A DNA stretch of 62,735 bases, filler included, from Candidatus Tectimicrobiota bacterium (GCA_016193065.1; 6 parts of 6 records of this genome joined end to end with filler, not necessarily neighbours in it), one strand, 5' to 3'. Shown: positions 28,048-39,294, counted from the first letter of the whole stretch. The notes: generated from the sequence alone by a model not told the origin. Numbers and translations: made by a program.

Positions 28048-29847
28048 ATGGCATCGCGCTGTCCAAGGCCCTGGCTCCTATGGATTCAGACGGTTGTGCT
28101 TTTCGCGGCTGTAGGCTCCGGATTTGCGGAACCCGTCACGGTGGAGGTCCATCCCAGAGTCGGTACGGCGATTCAGCTGAAAGGGGATGCTGATCAGCCA
28201 TTGAAGTTCCATGTCGGTCCGGTTTCTTTCGAGGTGTCGCTCCATCTCCTCCGCGAGATTCAATTCGGACGGAGCAACGCACACAGAGTAACCTTGCAGT
28301 CTGGTCAAGTGTTTACAGCGACTGATCTGGCAGGCGAGGTCGCTGAAAAGTGGAAATTGGACGATCCCAGCATAGATTGGGATGCGTTCCGAAGCCTGAC
28401 CTTGAGGAAGGCGGCGGATAAGAAGGATGCAGGTAAGGAGACGCTTAGCAAAGATCACCCGCTCTCGGGCCTCATCGCCAAGGACGGGACGAGGCTCTCG
28501 GGGTTGGACCTGCAGAATATTGAAGTGAAGGTTGCCGTCGGCCGATTTCATGTCAGGGCTCCGGGTGAGAAGTTGACGGAGGTCAGAGTTGCCGGGGGAG
28601 ACTCCGGTACGGTTGCACTGACTCTTCGCACGCCATGGGGCGAGACCCTGCAGGGTGTATCCGAAGAGGAGGAGTTCTCCGGTCATCTCAGTGGGGGGGG
28701 ATCGTTTAGGGTGGGGTGGAAAGATCTTAGTCTTGTTAACTTTGGGCCGAAAGCTCCTTCCAAACAGCCGGAATTGCAAGGGCTCGTCGCACACGCGCAG
28801 GCGTCCGGCAGTTCGGGGCTTCCCGAAACTCGGTTCAAGGGCGAGCAGTTGACCTTCACGCGTAAGGAACTGACGCTCGCGCTGGATTCCCTCATCGTGC
28901 GGCAGATTAAGCGGTTGGGCGCCGATGCTGGCTGGGAGATCGAGATTGCGAGCAGGGGCGATATCCGTCTCAGCAGCATGAAGCCGACCGATGATCAACT
29001 CTGCTTGGAAGCCCGGATCGGCACGGCCTGTGCCGCGTGGGCCGATCTCACATCCGTCGAGTTCCGACCGAAGCCGGTAAAGGGTGCATCCCCCGAGCCA
29101 CCCCGCAGAACTGCGTACCTGGTTCGGACCGTGTCTGGAGATGAAATCTCTACCACGAGCTTGGAGGGCGAGTATTCTTCGGCAACAGTCTCCGGCGAAA
29201 AGCCTGTCGTTCTCCATGTCGGCTCGTTCCGGCTGGAGATTCGCCCGGAGACGATCGCCGGATGGGCCCGCCAGGGTGAACTTGCTACGGTGGCGTTGTC
29301 GGATGGGACATCGTTGACGGGGGTTCCTTCCACGAGCCAAGTCTCCGGCGGCTTGCTGCTGGGTGGTATCGCCTCGAAGAGCAGTTTCCGCTTGCCCGCG
29401 CGCGATATCGCGTCCATCCAGGTCCGCCGGAAGCTCCCACCTATGAAACCTCGTCAGGCTGCCTTGGGCATCAGGATCGTAGAGAAATCGGGCAGTGAGA
29501 TGCTTGTTGACTCCCTCCGGGCTTACGAGGAGCGGCATATATGTGGGAATTGTATTTGCTTAGGGGGCGGGTGTGCCGGGTTTCCGGATCAAGAGCCAAC
29601 CAAGATCCCGCTTGATCAGAAGGGAAGCGTGATCGAGGTGATCTGGTCCGACCTCAAGAGAGTAGAGATGTTGAGGGAAAACACCCTGTCCCTCACCAAG
29701 AAAAACGGCAGCGTTCTATCCGGAACCCTGAAATTTGACGCGACCAGGTATTGCGAGTGCTCAGGGGAGACGGGCTTTCTCGGGCGGACCCGGTGGGGAG
29801 CTGCGTTTCTGAAACTGGAGGACCTTCGCTCGATCGAGCTTCCGTGA
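28048..29847 (+). CDS. Secreted hypothetical protein with tandem beta-rich repeats
   Basis: Signal peptide, GGAGG RBS, recurring VxxxxG...IxxIxF-type modules, Cys-rich C-terminus. Confidence 0.75.
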   Translation: MASRCPRPWLLWIQTVVLFAAVGSGFAEPVTVEVHPRVGTAIQLKGDADQPLKFHVGPVSFEVSLHLLREIQFGRSNAHRVTLQSGQVFTATDLAGEVAEKWKLDDPSIDWDAFRSLTLRKAADKKDAGKETLSKDHPLSGLIAKDGTRLSGLDLQNIEVKVAVGRFHVRAPGEKLTEVRVAGGDSGTVALTLRTPWGETLQGVSEEEEFSGHLSGGGSFRVGWKDLSLVNFGPKAPSKQPELQGLVAHAQASGSSGLPETRFKGEQLTFTRKELTLALDSLIVRQIKRLGADAGWEIEIASRGDIRLSSMKPTDDQLCLEARIGTACAAWADLTSVEFRPKPVKGASPEPPRRTAYLVRTVSGDEISTTSLEGEYSSATVSGEKPVVLHVGSFRLEIRPETIAGWARQGELATVALSDGTSLTGVPSTSQVSGGLLLGGIASKSSFRLPARDIASIQVRRKLPPMKPRQAALGIRIVEKSGSEMLVDSLRAYEERHICGNCICLGGGCAGFPDQEPTKIPLDQKGSVIEVIWSDLKRVEMLRENTLSLTKKNGSVLSGTLKFDATRYCECSGETGFLGRTRWGAAFLKLEDLRSIELP

Positions 29848-29904
29848 TAGTGCCGAAACGCGCATCAAAGAGTGCGTGCAAGGCGGCGCGTCCTGTTGAC
29901 CCTC

Positions 29905-30768
29905 TCACGCCCTCAAGCGCATGATTGTGTTCACGTAGTCCCGGACTCCCCTGTCAACGTCATACAGAGGCTCGTTCGGAAAGAGGCTCTTCAGGACCGC
30001 CAGGAATTCCCTAGGTGTCGATCCTCTGCCGGTCCCGACGTTGAAGACCCAGCGATTTAAGTTTTCCGCCTTCAGGGCCAGGAAGATCGAGCGCGCCACA
30101 TCTCCCACATAGACCGCGTCGTTTCGCTGGTCTCCGCCTTGGGGGATCACCCAGGGTTCACCGGCTTGGGTCTTCTCGATGAGCTGGCCGTAAAACGAAA
30201 GGGCCCCGTGGCGGGCCTCCTTTCCCGGCCCGTAAATCGTCGAGAAGCGGAGAGCGACGAATTCGACTCCGTACGTCTCCCAGTAATACTGTCCCAGCTC
30301 CTCGCAGCACACCTTGATGACCCCGTAGAGATCGGCCGGGCGTTTCGGGTGGTCCTCGGTGACCGGCAGGAACCTCGGCTCCCCGAAATCTCCCACCATT
30401 TCCCCATAGACCGCCTTGGAGCTGGTGAACACGATGCGCGAGATTTTATGGGCTCGGGCCACCTCCAGGATATTGAGGGTGCCGTCCACCCCGACTCTCA
30501 TCGCCAGGCGGGGATTTTCCTCGGCGGGTTCGGGCATGAGGGCGGCGAGGTGCGCGATATGAGTGATCCGGTAATCCGCGACCATCTTCTCCAGGGCTTG
30601 GAAATCGGTGACGTCCCCTTCCAGCAGATCGACCTTGTCCTTGATGTCGCCGATGAGGGAGAGATCCATCCGGTTGTCCATGAGGACAGGACGCATCCCC
30701 TCCGAAACGAGGAGTCTGGACGTGGCGGCCCCATTCACCCCGGTGCCTCCCGTGATCAGAACCTTCAT
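29905..30768 (-). CDS. NAD-dependent epimerase/dehydratase (extended SDR); C-terminus appears internally shortened
   Basis: TGGTGVNG, HLAA, TSSKAVYG, YGVIK, IYGP. Confidence 0.88.
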   Translation of the reverse strand: MKVLITGGTGVNGAATSRLLVSEGMRPVLMDNRMDLSLIGDIKDKVDLLEGDVTDFQALEKMVADYRITHIAHLAALMPEPAEENPRLAMRVGVDGTLNILEVARAHKISRIVFTSSKAVYGEMVGDFGEPRFLPVTEDHPKRPADLYGVIKVCCEELGQYYWETYGVEFVALRFSTIYGPGKEARHGALSFYGQLIEKTQAGEPWVIPQGGDQRNDAVYVGDVARSIFLALKAENLNRWVFNVGTGRGSTPREFLAVLKSLFPNEPLYDVDRGVRDYVNTIMRLRA

Positions 30769-30789
30769 ACTCAACCCCCAAAAAAATAA

Positions 30790-30839
30790 NNNNNNNNNNN
30801 NNNNNNNNNNNNNNNNNNNNNNNNNNNNNNNNNNNNNNN
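30790..30839. other. Scaffold gap (50 N)
   Basis: N-run without the linker motif. Confidence 0.97.
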
Positions 30840-30867
30840 TGCCGAGGATCCTTCCTCATGAAAATGA

Positions 30868-30910
30868 CCTCCCATCCCTCCCCCTGCAAGAGGGGGAGGG
30901 CCTGGGAGGG
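30868..30910. repeat. CCCTC(T)CCC...GGGAGAGG-type palindromic repeat family
   Basis: Related copies at ~33713-33753, 50428-50560 (three), 53821-53860, 55248-55319 and 55791-55895. Confidence 0.7.
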
Positions 30911-30915
30911 GGTTC

Positions 30916-32160
30916 CTATGCCTGCTGTGCCTGCGGGACACCCTCCTCGACGGGCTTGTCGGGAATCATGTAAACGAGGAAGTTCGCGGTAAAGATCGTG
31001 GCGGCCAAAAAGTAAAAGGAGTATAGGATTCCAAAGCGATCCGCGATGAACCCGCAAATCGCAGGCGCAAAACCGGAAAACAGGGCTTGGATGCCAAATT
31101 GGGTGCTTACGGTGGTGCCGCTGATGTTCTTGGGAGCCAGATCCATCATCCAGGCAAACATGACGGGGTGCAAGGAGAACAGGAAGAAGCCCAGGAAGGC
31201 CAGGACGCCGATGAAAAGGAAATTGAGTCTGAGGATGACCAGGGCGACCAGGAGGAGGCTGGTGGTAAGAAGTCCCGCAGTCAATACCGGGCGCCTCCCC
31301 TTCTTATCCGAAATGGTTCCCGCAATGGGAGAGGAGAAGATCCCCGCGGCCTGAACGACGGAGATGTAGCTTCCAACCAGGGCTGGAGAATACTTGAGCA
31401 CATTGGCCAGGTAAATCGGCAGGAAAGTGAACAGTCCGGACTGAGTCATGGCCCGCATTCCGGACAAGCAGCAGAGAAGGAGGATGCTCTTGTTCTTGGC
31501 CAGCGTTTTCACCGCCTCCCAATATTCTTTCAAAGAGAGTTCCTTCCCCTTCGCTTGATCTCGTACCGGGCCGCCTTTCGCGAGCAGCCTCCACAAGACG
31601 AACCCCATGAGGACTCCGGGAATGAGGTTGAGGATCAGCACGTGTCTCCAGATCACGAAGGTGAGGACGACACCGACGGCGAAGGGAGCCAACGTATTTC
31701 CCAGATTACCTCCCATGGAATGAAGGGCGATCGCGAACCCTTTCCGCTCGGGGTAGCGATTCGCGAGGAGGGAGAGAGCGGCCGGATGCCATAGGTTGTT
31801 GCCGATCCCTACGAAGGTGATGACGAGCAAAGCGACCACATAGCTGGAGCTGAATCCGAGGAAAGAGTACGGGAGGCCTATGAGAGCTAGGGCCAGTCCC
31901 AGGAGAAAGCCGGTCTTTCCCACCATGTCCACAATGAGGCCGCCGGGCAGGTTGATGAAAAAGCTGGTGAAATGGTTCCATCCCATCAGCACCCCCACCT
32001 GGCTATAGGTGAGTCCCAGATCCTTGGCCAGATAGGGGAGGATGATGTATAAGGTGCTCGGGTACCAATGGGTGATCCCGTGCCCGAGACTTACCGCCAC
32101 CAGTGTGGGATCGGTTTTCTTCAATCTGGCCCACGAAAACCAGCCTTCTTTTTTCTCCAC
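30916..32160 (-). CDS. MFS transporter (Fsr-like)
   Basis: About 12 TM; GNNLWHP, ISDKKGRR motif. Confidence 0.9.
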   Translation of the reverse strand: MEKKEGWFSWARLKKTDPTLVAVSLGHGITHWYPSTLYIILPYLAKDLGLTYSQVGVLMGWNHFTSFFINLPGGLIVDMVGKTGFLLGLALALIGLPYSFLGFSSSYVVALLVITFVGIGNNLWHPAALSLLANRYPERKGFAIALHSMGGNLGNTLAPFAVGVVLTFVIWRHVLILNLIPGVLMGFVLWRLLAKGGPVRDQAKGKELSLKEYWEAVKTLAKNKSILLLCCLSGMRAMTQSGLFTFLPIYLANVLKYSPALVGSYISVVQAAGIFSSPIAGTISDKKGRRPVLTAGLLTTSLLLVALVILRLNFLFIGVLAFLGFFLFSLHPVMFAWMMDLAPKNISGTTVSTQFGIQALFSGFAPAICGFIADRFGILYSFYFLAATIFTANFLVYMIPDKPVEEGVPQAQQA

Positions 32161-32288
32161 AAGGGCCCCCTTTGCGTAAACTTTTTTGAATAGACCGGTG
32201 GGAACCGGGATGTTGTTTTGACAGGAGAAAGGCGAGGCTACCTTAACTGTAAAAAAGGCTTTCCGTCAACTGAAAAGCCTTGGGCGCC

Positions 32289-33683
32289 CTAGGAGCAGTT
32301 CTCGTAAAGCTTTTCCAGAAGGGGGGCCTTGCGCAGACCCAGATCGGCGGCCCGGGGGAGAGATCCCGGCGACACCAGCTCCACCTCGGGGTGGAAGCGC
32401 AGCAGATCCGAGAGCTTTCGCTCCATTTCCTGCTTGAGGATTTCCTGATCCGTGCGGCTCAGATTCTGGCCGTATTCCACCTTGAGTCGCAACGGAGGCG
32501 TTACCCGGGGTGGAGGTTCCAAGAGGACGATCCGCATCTCTCCCGTGACCCGAGGGACAAAACTGTTCACCACGTTCTTCACCGCGGCCGGGTAGACGTT
32601 GATTCCTTTCACGATGAGCATGTCGTCCACACGTCCCAGGATCCGGCGGCGCAGCCCCTTGACCCCGCAGGGGCAATCTTCCAGGAAGATCTGGTTGATG
32701 TCTCCCAGGGAGTAGCGCAGGGCCGGGCTTGCCTCCCATTCCAGGGTTGTGAACACAAACTCCCCGATGGTCCCGTCCACAATGGGGAGGGGCTCTTTCG
32801 TTTGGGGGTCCACCAGATCATACATGATCACGTAGTCCTGGGAGACCACGTGCATTCCGAAGTAGGTGGAGGACCCGACGGAGGCCTCGCAAGAGATCGC
32901 GTAGAGTCCCCAGGGGCCTTGTCCCGAATCGTAGAGCTGAGCACCATAGGCCTCCTCGATCTTGCGCCGCACTTCAGGGAGGCCCGCGCCAGGCTCGCCA
33001 AAGCAGACAATCCGCTCCAGTCCCAGATCTCCCACGGGGGCCCCGATTGCTTTGGGAGCTTTCTCGATCAGGTACTCCGCATAGGAAGGGGTGCAGATCA
33101 GGGTTGTGGGCCGGGTGAGCCGGGCCATCTGCAGGAGACGCTCACTTCCCCCTTCCGCTCCCACAGGGATGGGACGCGCACCCATGTGCTGCAGGGCCTG
33201 CACCACGGGGATCCCGCCGATCCACATGCTGAGGCCCATGGCGTGCAGGACCGTTTCCCCCGGGCGGACCCCGGCGCGCCAGTACCCGCGGGCCATGACC
33301 TCGGCGGTTACCTGCAGGTCGTGTCTGGTAAATGCGTAGAAGGTGGGCCGACCCGTGGTTCCGGCGGTGGCATGGACGGCTATGACTTCATCCAAGGGTG
33401 CGCACAGGAAGAGTCCGAAGGGGTGCCCGTAGCGCTCCAGGGAATCCTCCTGGCTTCGCAGATCCTCTTCCTTGGTGACGAAGATGGGGAGTCGGCGAAA
33501 GTCTTCCAGGCTGCGAATGTCATTTGGTCTCACGCCGGCAGACTCAAACTTCTTCCGGTAAAACTCGGGGGAGTTCTCGTAGCAGTAGGCAAGCTGCTTC
33601 TTGAGCTTCTTCCAGTGCAGTTGTTGCAGTTTCTCCCCGGAGAGCAATTCCGCCGCTTCATTCCAGAACAATTTCTCGCTCAT
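32289..33683 (-). CDS. Phenylacetate-CoA ligase (PaaK) family protein
   Basis: HATAGTTGRP, GEPG, RYSLGD, GRVDDMLIVKGINVYP. Confidence 0.9.
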   Translation of the reverse strand: MSEKLFWNEAAELLSGEKLQQLHWKKLKKQLAYCYENSPEFYRKKFESAGVRPNDIRSLEDFRRLPIFVTKEEDLRSQEDSLERYGHPFGLFLCAPLDEVIAVHATAGTTGRPTFYAFTRHDLQVTAEVMARGYWRAGVRPGETVLHAMGLSMWIGGIPVVQALQHMGARPIPVGAEGGSERLLQMARLTRPTTLICTPSYAEYLIEKAPKAIGAPVGDLGLERIVCFGEPGAGLPEVRRKIEEAYGAQLYDSGQGPWGLYAISCEASVGSSTYFGMHVVSQDYVIMYDLVDPQTKEPLPIVDGTIGEFVFTTLEWEASPALRYSLGDINQIFLEDCPCGVKGLRRRILGRVDDMLIVKGINVYPAAVKNVVNSFVPRVTGEMRIVLLEPPPRVTPPLRLKVEYGQNLSRTDQEILKQEMERKLSDLLRFHPEVELVSPGSLPRAADLGLRKAPLLEKLYENCS

Positions 33684-33779
33684 GTGTTTTCCCTAACAAA
33701 TTTCCTCTCTGGCCCCCTCACCCTGACCCTCTCCCCCGTTGGGGTAGAAGGGAAAGCTTCGACCATCTCAGAATCGAAA

Positions 33780-35837
33780 TCAAGTATTGCCGGGCCGGGC
33801 GTCCGGCCAGCTTCCGTACAGGCGGAGGATTTCCTCCCGGGGCTTCTTGGCCGACCACTCCGGCTCGAACAGAGCATAGGGCTTGCCGCGCTTGATCCGG
33901 TCTGCGCGCTCGCGCCTGCGGCGCTCTTCTGTCTCAGTGTGATCCGCCCTGAGAGTTTGCGGATCGTAGACCACATGATAGACGTTTTGCGCGGTCCAGT
34001 GGGTGATGATCTGGTCCCGCAGGTCTTTCACGACGGCTTCGGGATCTCTCTCCAGGACATCCCCAAACCCTCCTCCACCCGTGTTGAGGCCCACGAAGAT
34101 GTCGCCTTGCTGCAGGATGCGGTTGGCGCGGGCCACGGATTCCAGTGTGTAGGTGCCGGAGACGGGACGCTCGCTCACCAGTTGAATCACGTCGCTGGGT
34201 ACGCCGCCGTTGCCTTCTCTCAGCTTCTCGAATATGTCCGTCCCCGTGACCTGTACGCCGACCGGGGTGGCCGGCGAGTAGCCCCCGAAGATCCCCGAGT
34301 CGTGCGGGATCCGGCTGCCCTTTCCCAGGGAGTACATACTTACCTGGGGAGCATGATAGACCACGTAGATCAGCTGGCTTCCCGAACCTCCCCGCCGCCG
34401 TCCGAAGCCGCAGCTGTTCTTGAAGTGCTTCTGGGCCAGAGTGAGGAAGGTGTATTCTTCTTCCATGTCCTCCGCGTCCCGGGCTTTTCCCCAAGGGGCC
34501 CAGAGGAAACCGTGGGAATCCATGCCGTCTTTGTCGGGCCGCGCTCCGCCCCCCTCCGTGTTTAAAAGATAAGTGATGAAATCCGCCACCGGCACTCCCC
34601 ACTGGTTCACACCGCTGAATCCTGCGCCTCCCGAAGCAATCCCCGGGCTGGCGGCACAAAGTTCCCGGTCGGGACTGGCAAAGAGCATCCGGGCAAAAAC
34701 CGTGTGACACAGAGAGACCACCGTGCGGCCGATGATGGGGCTGTTCGCCACGGAGGCTTCCGGGCTCGCGTTTAGATAACACCCCTCGGGGACCGTGAAG
34801 GACAGAGGCCCGTAGGTTCCCGCCGAGGCGGGCAAATCGCACATGGGGTAGGTATGGAGATAATGCCCCACAAAGGCGGCCGTGGTATGCAGAAAGGCGT
34901 TGTAGGAGGAGGCGCTCTCGGGGGAAGTCCCCGTGAAGTCGAAGGTCAGCTCTTCCCCGTCGTTGGTCACGGTGAGGACGGTCCTCACCAGCCCTTCCTG
35001 GTGGCCGATCGTGTCAAAGAAGGCCACCGCCCGGTAGACCCCCGGAATCCAGGAGCGGATCTTCTTGCGGGCGCCCTCCTCGGCGTGCTGGATGACGCGC
35101 CGGAAGAGCCCGCGGACAAAGGGCAGCCCGCGCTCCGCCGCCAGTTCCAGAAGGCGGCGGCGCATGCGGTCGGCCGCCGAGCACCGGGCCCGCACGTCGA
35201 TCTCCTGCATGCGCGGGGCCCGGGAGATGAAGTTCACCATCATGTCCATGAGATCCTGGCGCAACTGGAAGTTCTCAGCGATCTTGATCGGGGTGAGCTT
35301 CATCCCCTCGTAGTGGCGGTTGCGCGCTCCCACGGGCATGCCGCCGGGCTCCGTCGCCCCGGTTTCAGGCTGGTGGGCCGCCGCGGAAGTCCAAGCGATC
35401 AGCTCACCGCCGGCAAAGACCGGCATGATCGCGATCTGGTCCGGGTTGTGCACGCCGCCCGCCAGGGCTTCGTTGCAGTAGAAAATGTCACCTTCTCTTA
35501 CTCCCACGGTGGGAGCGTCCTTCAGATAGGTGAGGATGTACTTGACCGGAAGCTGGGCGACCTGGGCGTGGAGGAAGGTGCCGCAGCTCGCCGACACCAG
35601 ATCCCCCGCCGCCGTGTAAATTCCCACCACGAGGTCTCCGGAGCGCAGAAAGCTCGACACCCCGGTGCGGATGAAGACCTCGCGGGCCTCGTCGAGGATC
35701 GAGTTGATCTTGCCGTTGTAGATCTCGTATTCACCAGGCCCCAGCCGGGCCGCCTCTTCCAGCTCCGTTGCCGTGGGGGACTCGGGCTTGAGCCAGCCGC
35801 GGATCTTTTCCTTGATCTCCCGGTAATTGATGCTCAT
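33780..35837 (-). CDS. Hydantoinase B/oxoprolinase family; acetone/acetophenone carboxylase large-subunit-like
   Basis: GDIFYCNE..GGVHNPD, HQPETGATEPGGMP, GGGGFGDVLERDP. Confidence 0.88.
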   Translation of the reverse strand: MSINYREIKEKIRGWLKPESPTATELEEAARLGPGEYEIYNGKINSILDEAREVFIRTGVSSFLRSGDLVVGIYTAAGDLVSASCGTFLHAQVAQLPVKYILTYLKDAPTVGVREGDIFYCNEALAGGVHNPDQIAIMPVFAGGELIAWTSAAAHQPETGATEPGGMPVGARNRHYEGMKLTPIKIAENFQLRQDLMDMMVNFISRAPRMQEIDVRARCSAADRMRRRLLELAAERGLPFVRGLFRRVIQHAEEGARKKIRSWIPGVYRAVAFFDTIGHQEGLVRTVLTVTNDGEELTFDFTGTSPESASSYNAFLHTTAAFVGHYLHTYPMCDLPASAGTYGPLSFTVPEGCYLNASPEASVANSPIIGRTVVSLCHTVFARMLFASPDRELCAASPGIASGGAGFSGVNQWGVPVADFITYLLNTEGGGARPDKDGMDSHGFLWAPWGKARDAEDMEEEYTFLTLAQKHFKNSCGFGRRRGGSGSQLIYVVYHAPQVSMYSLGKGSRIPHDSGIFGGYSPATPVGVQVTGTDIFEKLREGNGGVPSDVIQLVSERPVSGTYTLESVARANRILQQGDIFVGLNTGGGGFGDVLERDPEAVVKDLRDQIITHWTAQNVYHVVYDPQTLRADHTETEERRRRERADRIKRGKPYALFEPEWSAKKPREEILRLYGSWPDARPGNT

Positions 35838-35840
35838 CGC

Positions 35841-37602
35841 TCAGCTCTCGACCTTCTCGATGACGCCGTTTCCATACTCATCCTTGCGGTAGCGCCACCC
35901 CGGGGCCAGGACCAGAGTGGTGTGGTCCGATTCGATGATGGCGGCTCCTTCCAGGCGGTGCCCGCAGGAGAGCCGCTCCTCTGCATAAACCGGGGTGGAT
36001 GTGACCCCTCCCGTCTCCTCCCAGAGGGCCTGTCGCTCTCCTACCAGGGCGATGCCCGGGTCTGTTGCGACCGGCTCGCAGCGGGCCGGAACGGGTCGTG
36101 GGTTGGGAACGAAAGCCTTGAGGATGAAGTTCTCCACGTCCACGCCGCTCTCCGGGAAAACGGACAGAGGGCTGTACGCTTCACTGTACTCGATCTCAAA
36201 GGCCCGGCAGAGTGCCTTCACGTCTTGCTCGCTGTGCAAGAACAGGGAGGGTGCGGCCGTGCGCTTGATGTCGAGCTGCCCGCCGTAGCGCATGTCGATC
36301 TCCAGGCTGTAGACGATCTCATCCTCTGCAAACCCTTCTCCGCTAAGATCCCGCCGGGCCTTTTTCTGCAAGGTTTCCACCGCCTGGTTAAAGGACTCGT
36401 AGTCTTCCAGGTAGTGCTGGCTTTTGGGATTGATCAGCAGCAAGCGCCGGGAGAGCTCGTAGATGTGCAAGGTATCGAGGGTCGAGGAACCGTAGGCGCA
36501 AAAGACCGGAGAATGGGGGAAAACGAGAATCCGCTCCACGCCGGCAAATGAACCGAAGCCGCAGCAGTGAGTGGGACCGGCGCCGCCGTACGCAAAGAGG
36601 ACGAACTCTTTTGGGTTGTAACCGCGCAGGGCCGTCTCCTTGTAAATGATCTGCCCCATCTTGGCGTCGACGATCTTCTTGATCAGAAGGGCGGCTTCTT
36701 CTACGGAGAGCTGGAGGGGGCGGGCGATTTTCTCTTCCACGGTCCGCCGGGCTCTGGGAAGACTCAGGCGCTTTTTTCCGCCATGAAAGCGGTCCGGGTT
36801 CAAGTAGCCCAGGATCACATCGGCATCGGTCACCGTGGGCTCGCCGCCGCCCTGGTTGTAAGCGGCGGGCCCGGGCATGGCTCCGGCGCTGCGCGGACCG
36901 ACTTCCAGCCGGTTTCCCAGCAGTGTATTGATCCAGGCGATGGAGCCTCCTCCCGCTCCGATCGAGCGGGTCCACAGCATCGTGGAGCCCACCATCCACT
37001 TGTCGATCACCGGCTGGTAGTCGTAGAGGCGGGTGCTCCCCTGTACCACCAGAGAGAAATCAAAGCTCGTCCCTCCCATGTCGGCCGTGATGATGTTGGG
37101 CAAGCCGTAGATCTTCCCCCAGTGGGCGCTCCCCATGAGACCGGCCACGGGGCCGCCGTTAAATGTTTCGATGGCGCTGGTGCGGAAGGACTCGGCCATG
37201 CCGCCCGTGTTGTGCACCAGGAACAGGGGGCGGCGATAGCCGCGCTGGCGCAGTTCATCGCTGATGGTGCCGATTTCCTCCGCGATGGCCTGGTGCAGGT
37301 AGGCGTTCAGGATCGTCGTCATGGCCCTCTGATACTCCAGGTGCTTGGGGAGGACCTGATGGGAGAGGAGCATCGGGATGGAGCCCAGGGTGGAGTCGGG
37401 GTATTCCTCCCGGAAGATCTCCTGGATGCGGAGTTCATGGGCCGGGTTCAGGAAAGACCAGAGAAGGCAGACGACGAAGCCCCGTGCTCCTTGATCCACC
37501 AGAGCGTGGATCTTCTCGCGCACGTCCTCCTCGTTCAGGGGGCGCACGATTTGTCCCTTGGAATTGACCCGCTCCCGGATGCCCACGGTCATTTCCCGGG
37601 GA
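35841..37602 (-). CDS. Hydantoinase A/oxoprolinase family ATP-binding subunit, 5'-truncated
   Basis: GPVAG, DMGGTSFD, SIGAGGGS, GPRSAGAMPGP, PTVTDA, YGGAGP. Confidence 0.9.
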
Positions 37603-37702
37603 NNNNNNNNNNNNNNNNNNNNNNNNNNNNNNNNNNNNNNNNNNNNTTAATTAATTAANNNNNNNNNNNNNNNNNNNNNNNNNNNNNNNNNNNNNNNNNN
37701 NN

Positions 37703-39294
37703 AGGCGGTGGCCCGCCACGTTGATGACGTCATCGACCCTGCCCATGAGCCAGAAGTAGCCGTCCTTGTCCTTGCGGGCTCCGTCGCCGGTGAAGTAGAC
37801 CCCCGGGATGCGGGTCCAGTACTGCTGCTTGTAACGCTCCGGATCTCCATAAATGGTGCGCAGCATCCCCGGCCAGGGCTGCTTGATGACCAGGTAGCCC
37901 CCGTGGTGGTCATGGACGGATGTACCGTCCTCGCGCACCACATCGGGGACTACGCCGGGGAAGGGGAAGGTGGCCGATCCCGGTTTCGTGGGGATTGCCC
38001 CCGGCAGCGGCGTGATCAGGATGCCGCCGGTCTCGGTTTGCCACCAGGTGTCCACGATGGGACAGCGCTTCTGGCCGATGACCCGGTAATACCACATCCA
38101 GGCTTCCGGGTTGATGGGCTCCCCGACCGTACCCAGGAGGCGCAGGCTCTTCAGGCTATGCTTCTTGGGCCACTGCTCGCCCCACTTCATGAAGGCCCGG
38201 ATGGCCGTGGGGGCGGTGTAAAAAACGTTGACCTGGTATTTGTCCACGATTTCCCAGAAGCGGTCCGGGTTGGGGTGATTGGGGGCTCCTTCGTACATCA
38301 GGCTGGTGGCCCCGTTGGCTAGGATTCCGTAGACGATGTAGCTATGGCCCGTCACCCAGCCGATGTCCGCTGTGCACCAGTAGGTGTCCTCATCCTTGAG
38401 ATCGAAGATCCACTTGCTGGTCAGCGTGCAGTGGAGAAGGTAGCCGGCGGTGGTGTGGACGACCCCCTTTGGTTTTCCTGTGGTGCCGCTGGTGTAGAGA
38501 ATGAAAAGGGGGTGCTCCGAGTCCAGTGGTTCGGCGGGACAGATGGGGGAGGCGTGTTCCATAACCTCGTGCCACCACATGTCACGCCCTGCGGCCAGAT
38601 GGACGGGCTTTCCCGTGCGCTGGACTACGATCACCTTTTCAATGGTGGGGGTCTCCTTGAGGGCCTCATCCACGTTTTCCTTCAACGGTACGATGCTCCC
38701 GCGCCGGTAGCCACCGTCGGCCGTGATCACGATCTTTGCCTGCGCGTCGTTGATCCGGTCTTTGAGGGCCTCGGCGCTGAACCCTCCAAAGACAACGTTG
38801 TGCGTGGCGCCGATCCGGGCGCAAGCCAGCATGGCGATGGGCAGCTCAGGGATCATAGGAAGGTAAATGGCCACCCGATCCCCTTTTTTCACCCCCAGGC
38901 TCTTCAAAACATTGGCAAACTTGCAGACTTCCCGGTGCAGGCTCTGGTAGGTGTAAGTCCGGCTGTCGCCGGGCTCCCCTTCCCAGATCAAGGCGGCCTT
39001 GTTCTTGCGCCAGGTCTTCAGGTGCCGGTCCAGGCAGTTATGGGAAATGTTGATCTTACCCCCCACGAACCACTGGGCGAAGGGGGACTTCCAGACCAGG
39101 ACTTTCTTGAAGGGTTTGAACCACTCGAGCTCGGCGGCCATCCGCTTCCAGAAGCGTTCCGGCTGGGTCACGGATTCCTTGTAGAGCTTGCGGTATTGCT
39201 GCAGGCTCTTGATGTGAGCCTGTTTCTGGAACTCCTTGGGAGGGACGAACTTCCTTTTTTCCCGCAGGACGGATTCGATACTCGGGGCAGCCAT
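37703..39294 (-). CDS. acs: Acetate--CoA ligase, 3'-truncated
   Basis: [43 protein letters not shown] 39294 after AGGAGG. Confidence 0.96.

Noticed and set aside
32280-34565. 761-aa + strand ORF and other long antisense or alternate-frame ORFs (e.g. 34854-36551, 46171-48048, 50569-52176, 23183-24628)
   Set aside because: Shadows of well-supported genes in GC-rich DNA, with no recognisable motifs.
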